From: Phycisphaerae bacterium
GTDB lineage: Bacteria > Planctomycetota > Phycisphaerae > SM23-33
Assembly (NCBI GenBank): GCA_046539045.1
Contig: JBKHHU010000001.1
Location: 1 to 49,348 of the forward strand
Reading direction: 5' to 3'
Length of the DNA: 49,348 nucleotides
Position 1 is the first letter of the stretch. Each line of letters begins with the position of its first letter. Of this stretch, positions 48,227-49,348 are shown piece after piece. The notes below the pieces were generated by a model. The model ran no database searches and was not told the origin of the DNA. It saw only the letters and a program-made list of their open reading frames with translations. Made by a program: the position numbers and the translations under genes.

Positions 48227-48311
48227 TCGTCAGGCACCCGGTTGCAGAGTTCAGAACGCCGAACGACATCATCCATACGCAAGCGATCAGAATGTTCGCG
48301 GGAGAAAAACC

Positions 48312-49348
48312 ATGCCTCGTCAAACCGTAGTCAGCATCGAAGGCGACAAGTTTCTCATCAACGGCAGGTGCACCTACCCGGGACGGACCTGGAAAGGCCA
48401 TTCGCTCGAAGGGCGGCTGATGAACTCCCGGATGGTCCAGGCCATCTTCGACGACCTCAATACCGACACGCGCCCCACGTTCGACTACCCCGACGGCCCG
48501 TGGGACGCCCAGCGGAATACCGATGAGTTCATCGCTGCGATGCCCGAATGGAAAGCTCACGGCCTGCTGGGTATCGCCTTCAATCTCCAGGGCGGCAGCC
48601 CGCAGGGCTACTCCAAGCACCAGCCGTGGGTCAACTCCACGTTTCGCCCCAACGGCACGTTGCGGGAGAGCTATCTTGCCCGACTCGAAGCGATCCTCGA
48701 CCGGGCCGACGAACTCGGGATGGTCGTCATCCTCGGCTGTTTCTACTTCGGCCAGGACGAGCACCTGAACGACGAGTCTGCCGTGATCGACGCGACGGAG
48801 AACGCCACCGACTGGCTGTGCGAGAAGGGCTACACCAACGTGATCGTCGAGATCGCCAACGAGTGTGACGTTACGCAGAAATACGAGCACGAGATCATCC
48901 ACCCGCACCGCGTCCACGAGTTGATCAAGCTTGTGAAAAAACGCTCCGCCGGGCGGCTGGACACGTTCGTCAGCCGCCTGCTGGTGGGCACGAGTTTCTG
49001 CGGCGGGAGCATACCGACCGAGAACGTTGTGGGCACCAGCGACGTGATCCTGCTGCACGGCAACGGCGTGGAGGACCCGGCCCGCATCCGCGAGATGGTG
49101 CGCACCGTGCGGAAGATGGATGTCTACTCCGGCCAGCCGATCGTGTTCAACGAGGACGACCATTTCGACTTCGACCAGCAGGACAACAACATGATCGCTG
49201 CCGTCAGCGAACACGCCGGCTGGGGGTACTTCGACTACCGCTTCAAAGGCGAAGGCTACGACGAAGGCTACCAGTCCGTCCCGGTCAACTGGGGCATCAG
49301 CTCGGACCGCAAACGCGGCTTCTTCGGCCTGCTGAAAGACATGACCGG
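48312..49348 (+). CDS. glycoside hydrolase-like TIM-barrel protein (clan GH-A / GH5-like), 3'-truncated by the window edge
   Basis: Not in the ORF track because it has no stop. ATG at 48312 after GGAG. An open frame of 345 codons runs to the window end. VIVEIANEC (NE acid/base-type motif) and a later VFNEDDH. Track ORF 48186..49214(-) is its antisense shadow. Confidence 0.65.
   Translation, partial: MPRQTVVSIEGDKFLINGRCTYPGRTWKGHSLEGRLMNSRMVQAIFDDLNTDTRPTFDYPDGPWDAQRNTDEFIAAMPEWKAHGLLGIAFNLQGGSPQGYSKHQPWVNSTFRPNGTLRESYLARLEAILDRADELGMVVILGCFYFGQDEHLNDESAVIDATENATDWLCEKGYTNVIVEIANECDVTQKYEHEIIHPHRVHELIKLVKKRSAGRLDTFVSRLLVGTSFCGGSIPTENVVGTSDVILLHGNGVEDPARIREMVRTVRKMDVYSGQPIVFNEDDHFDFDQQDNNMIAAVSEHAGWGYFDYRFKGEGYDEGYQSVPVNWGISSDRKRGFFGLLKDMT

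Overview
GC-rich bacterial chromosomal segment. Gene content suggests a Planctomycetota/PVC-like organism: giant TPR and HEAT-repeat secreted proteins, GH42 plus heparinase II/III, GT9. That taxon call is inference only. About 45 credible protein genes are tightly packed, and most are housekeeping. They include queD-queE, prmC, murA, dnaG-rpoD, a TetR-regulated RND efflux operon, pyk, a cold-shock protein, mnmA, tadA-miaA, a YebC-family regulator, hisG, and a nusA-infB-DUF503-rbfA block. I found no rRNA, tRNA, CRISPR array, transposase, integrase or recognisable defence system. Many long ORFs in the track are antisense shadows of real genes, as expected at this GC content, and several track ORFs carry spurious N-terminal extensions; I trimmed those to starts that fit the conserved N-termini. 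The most unusual signals are non-coding. (1) A near-consensus promoter drives a ~390-nt ORF-poor, strongly structured, GGA-motif-rich transcript. It ends in a textbook intrinsic terminator just upstream of nusA, where rimP normally sits. (2) A dispersed REP-like palindrome family (GGTGGGTC-N4-GACCCACC) has a dense cluster between the convergent RND and GH42 genes. (3) Two perfect palindromic operators bracket the TetR/RND promoter. Protein-level oddities include an HhH-GPD-like protein with a histone-H1-like lysine-rich tail inside the nusA-to-hisG gene string, and hisG whose stop overlaps the start of a 1280-aa secreted TPR protein. There is also a Zn-ribbon-YqaA fusion next to an orphan AMMECR1 gene. 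All functional calls rest on motif recognition by eye; no database search was run.
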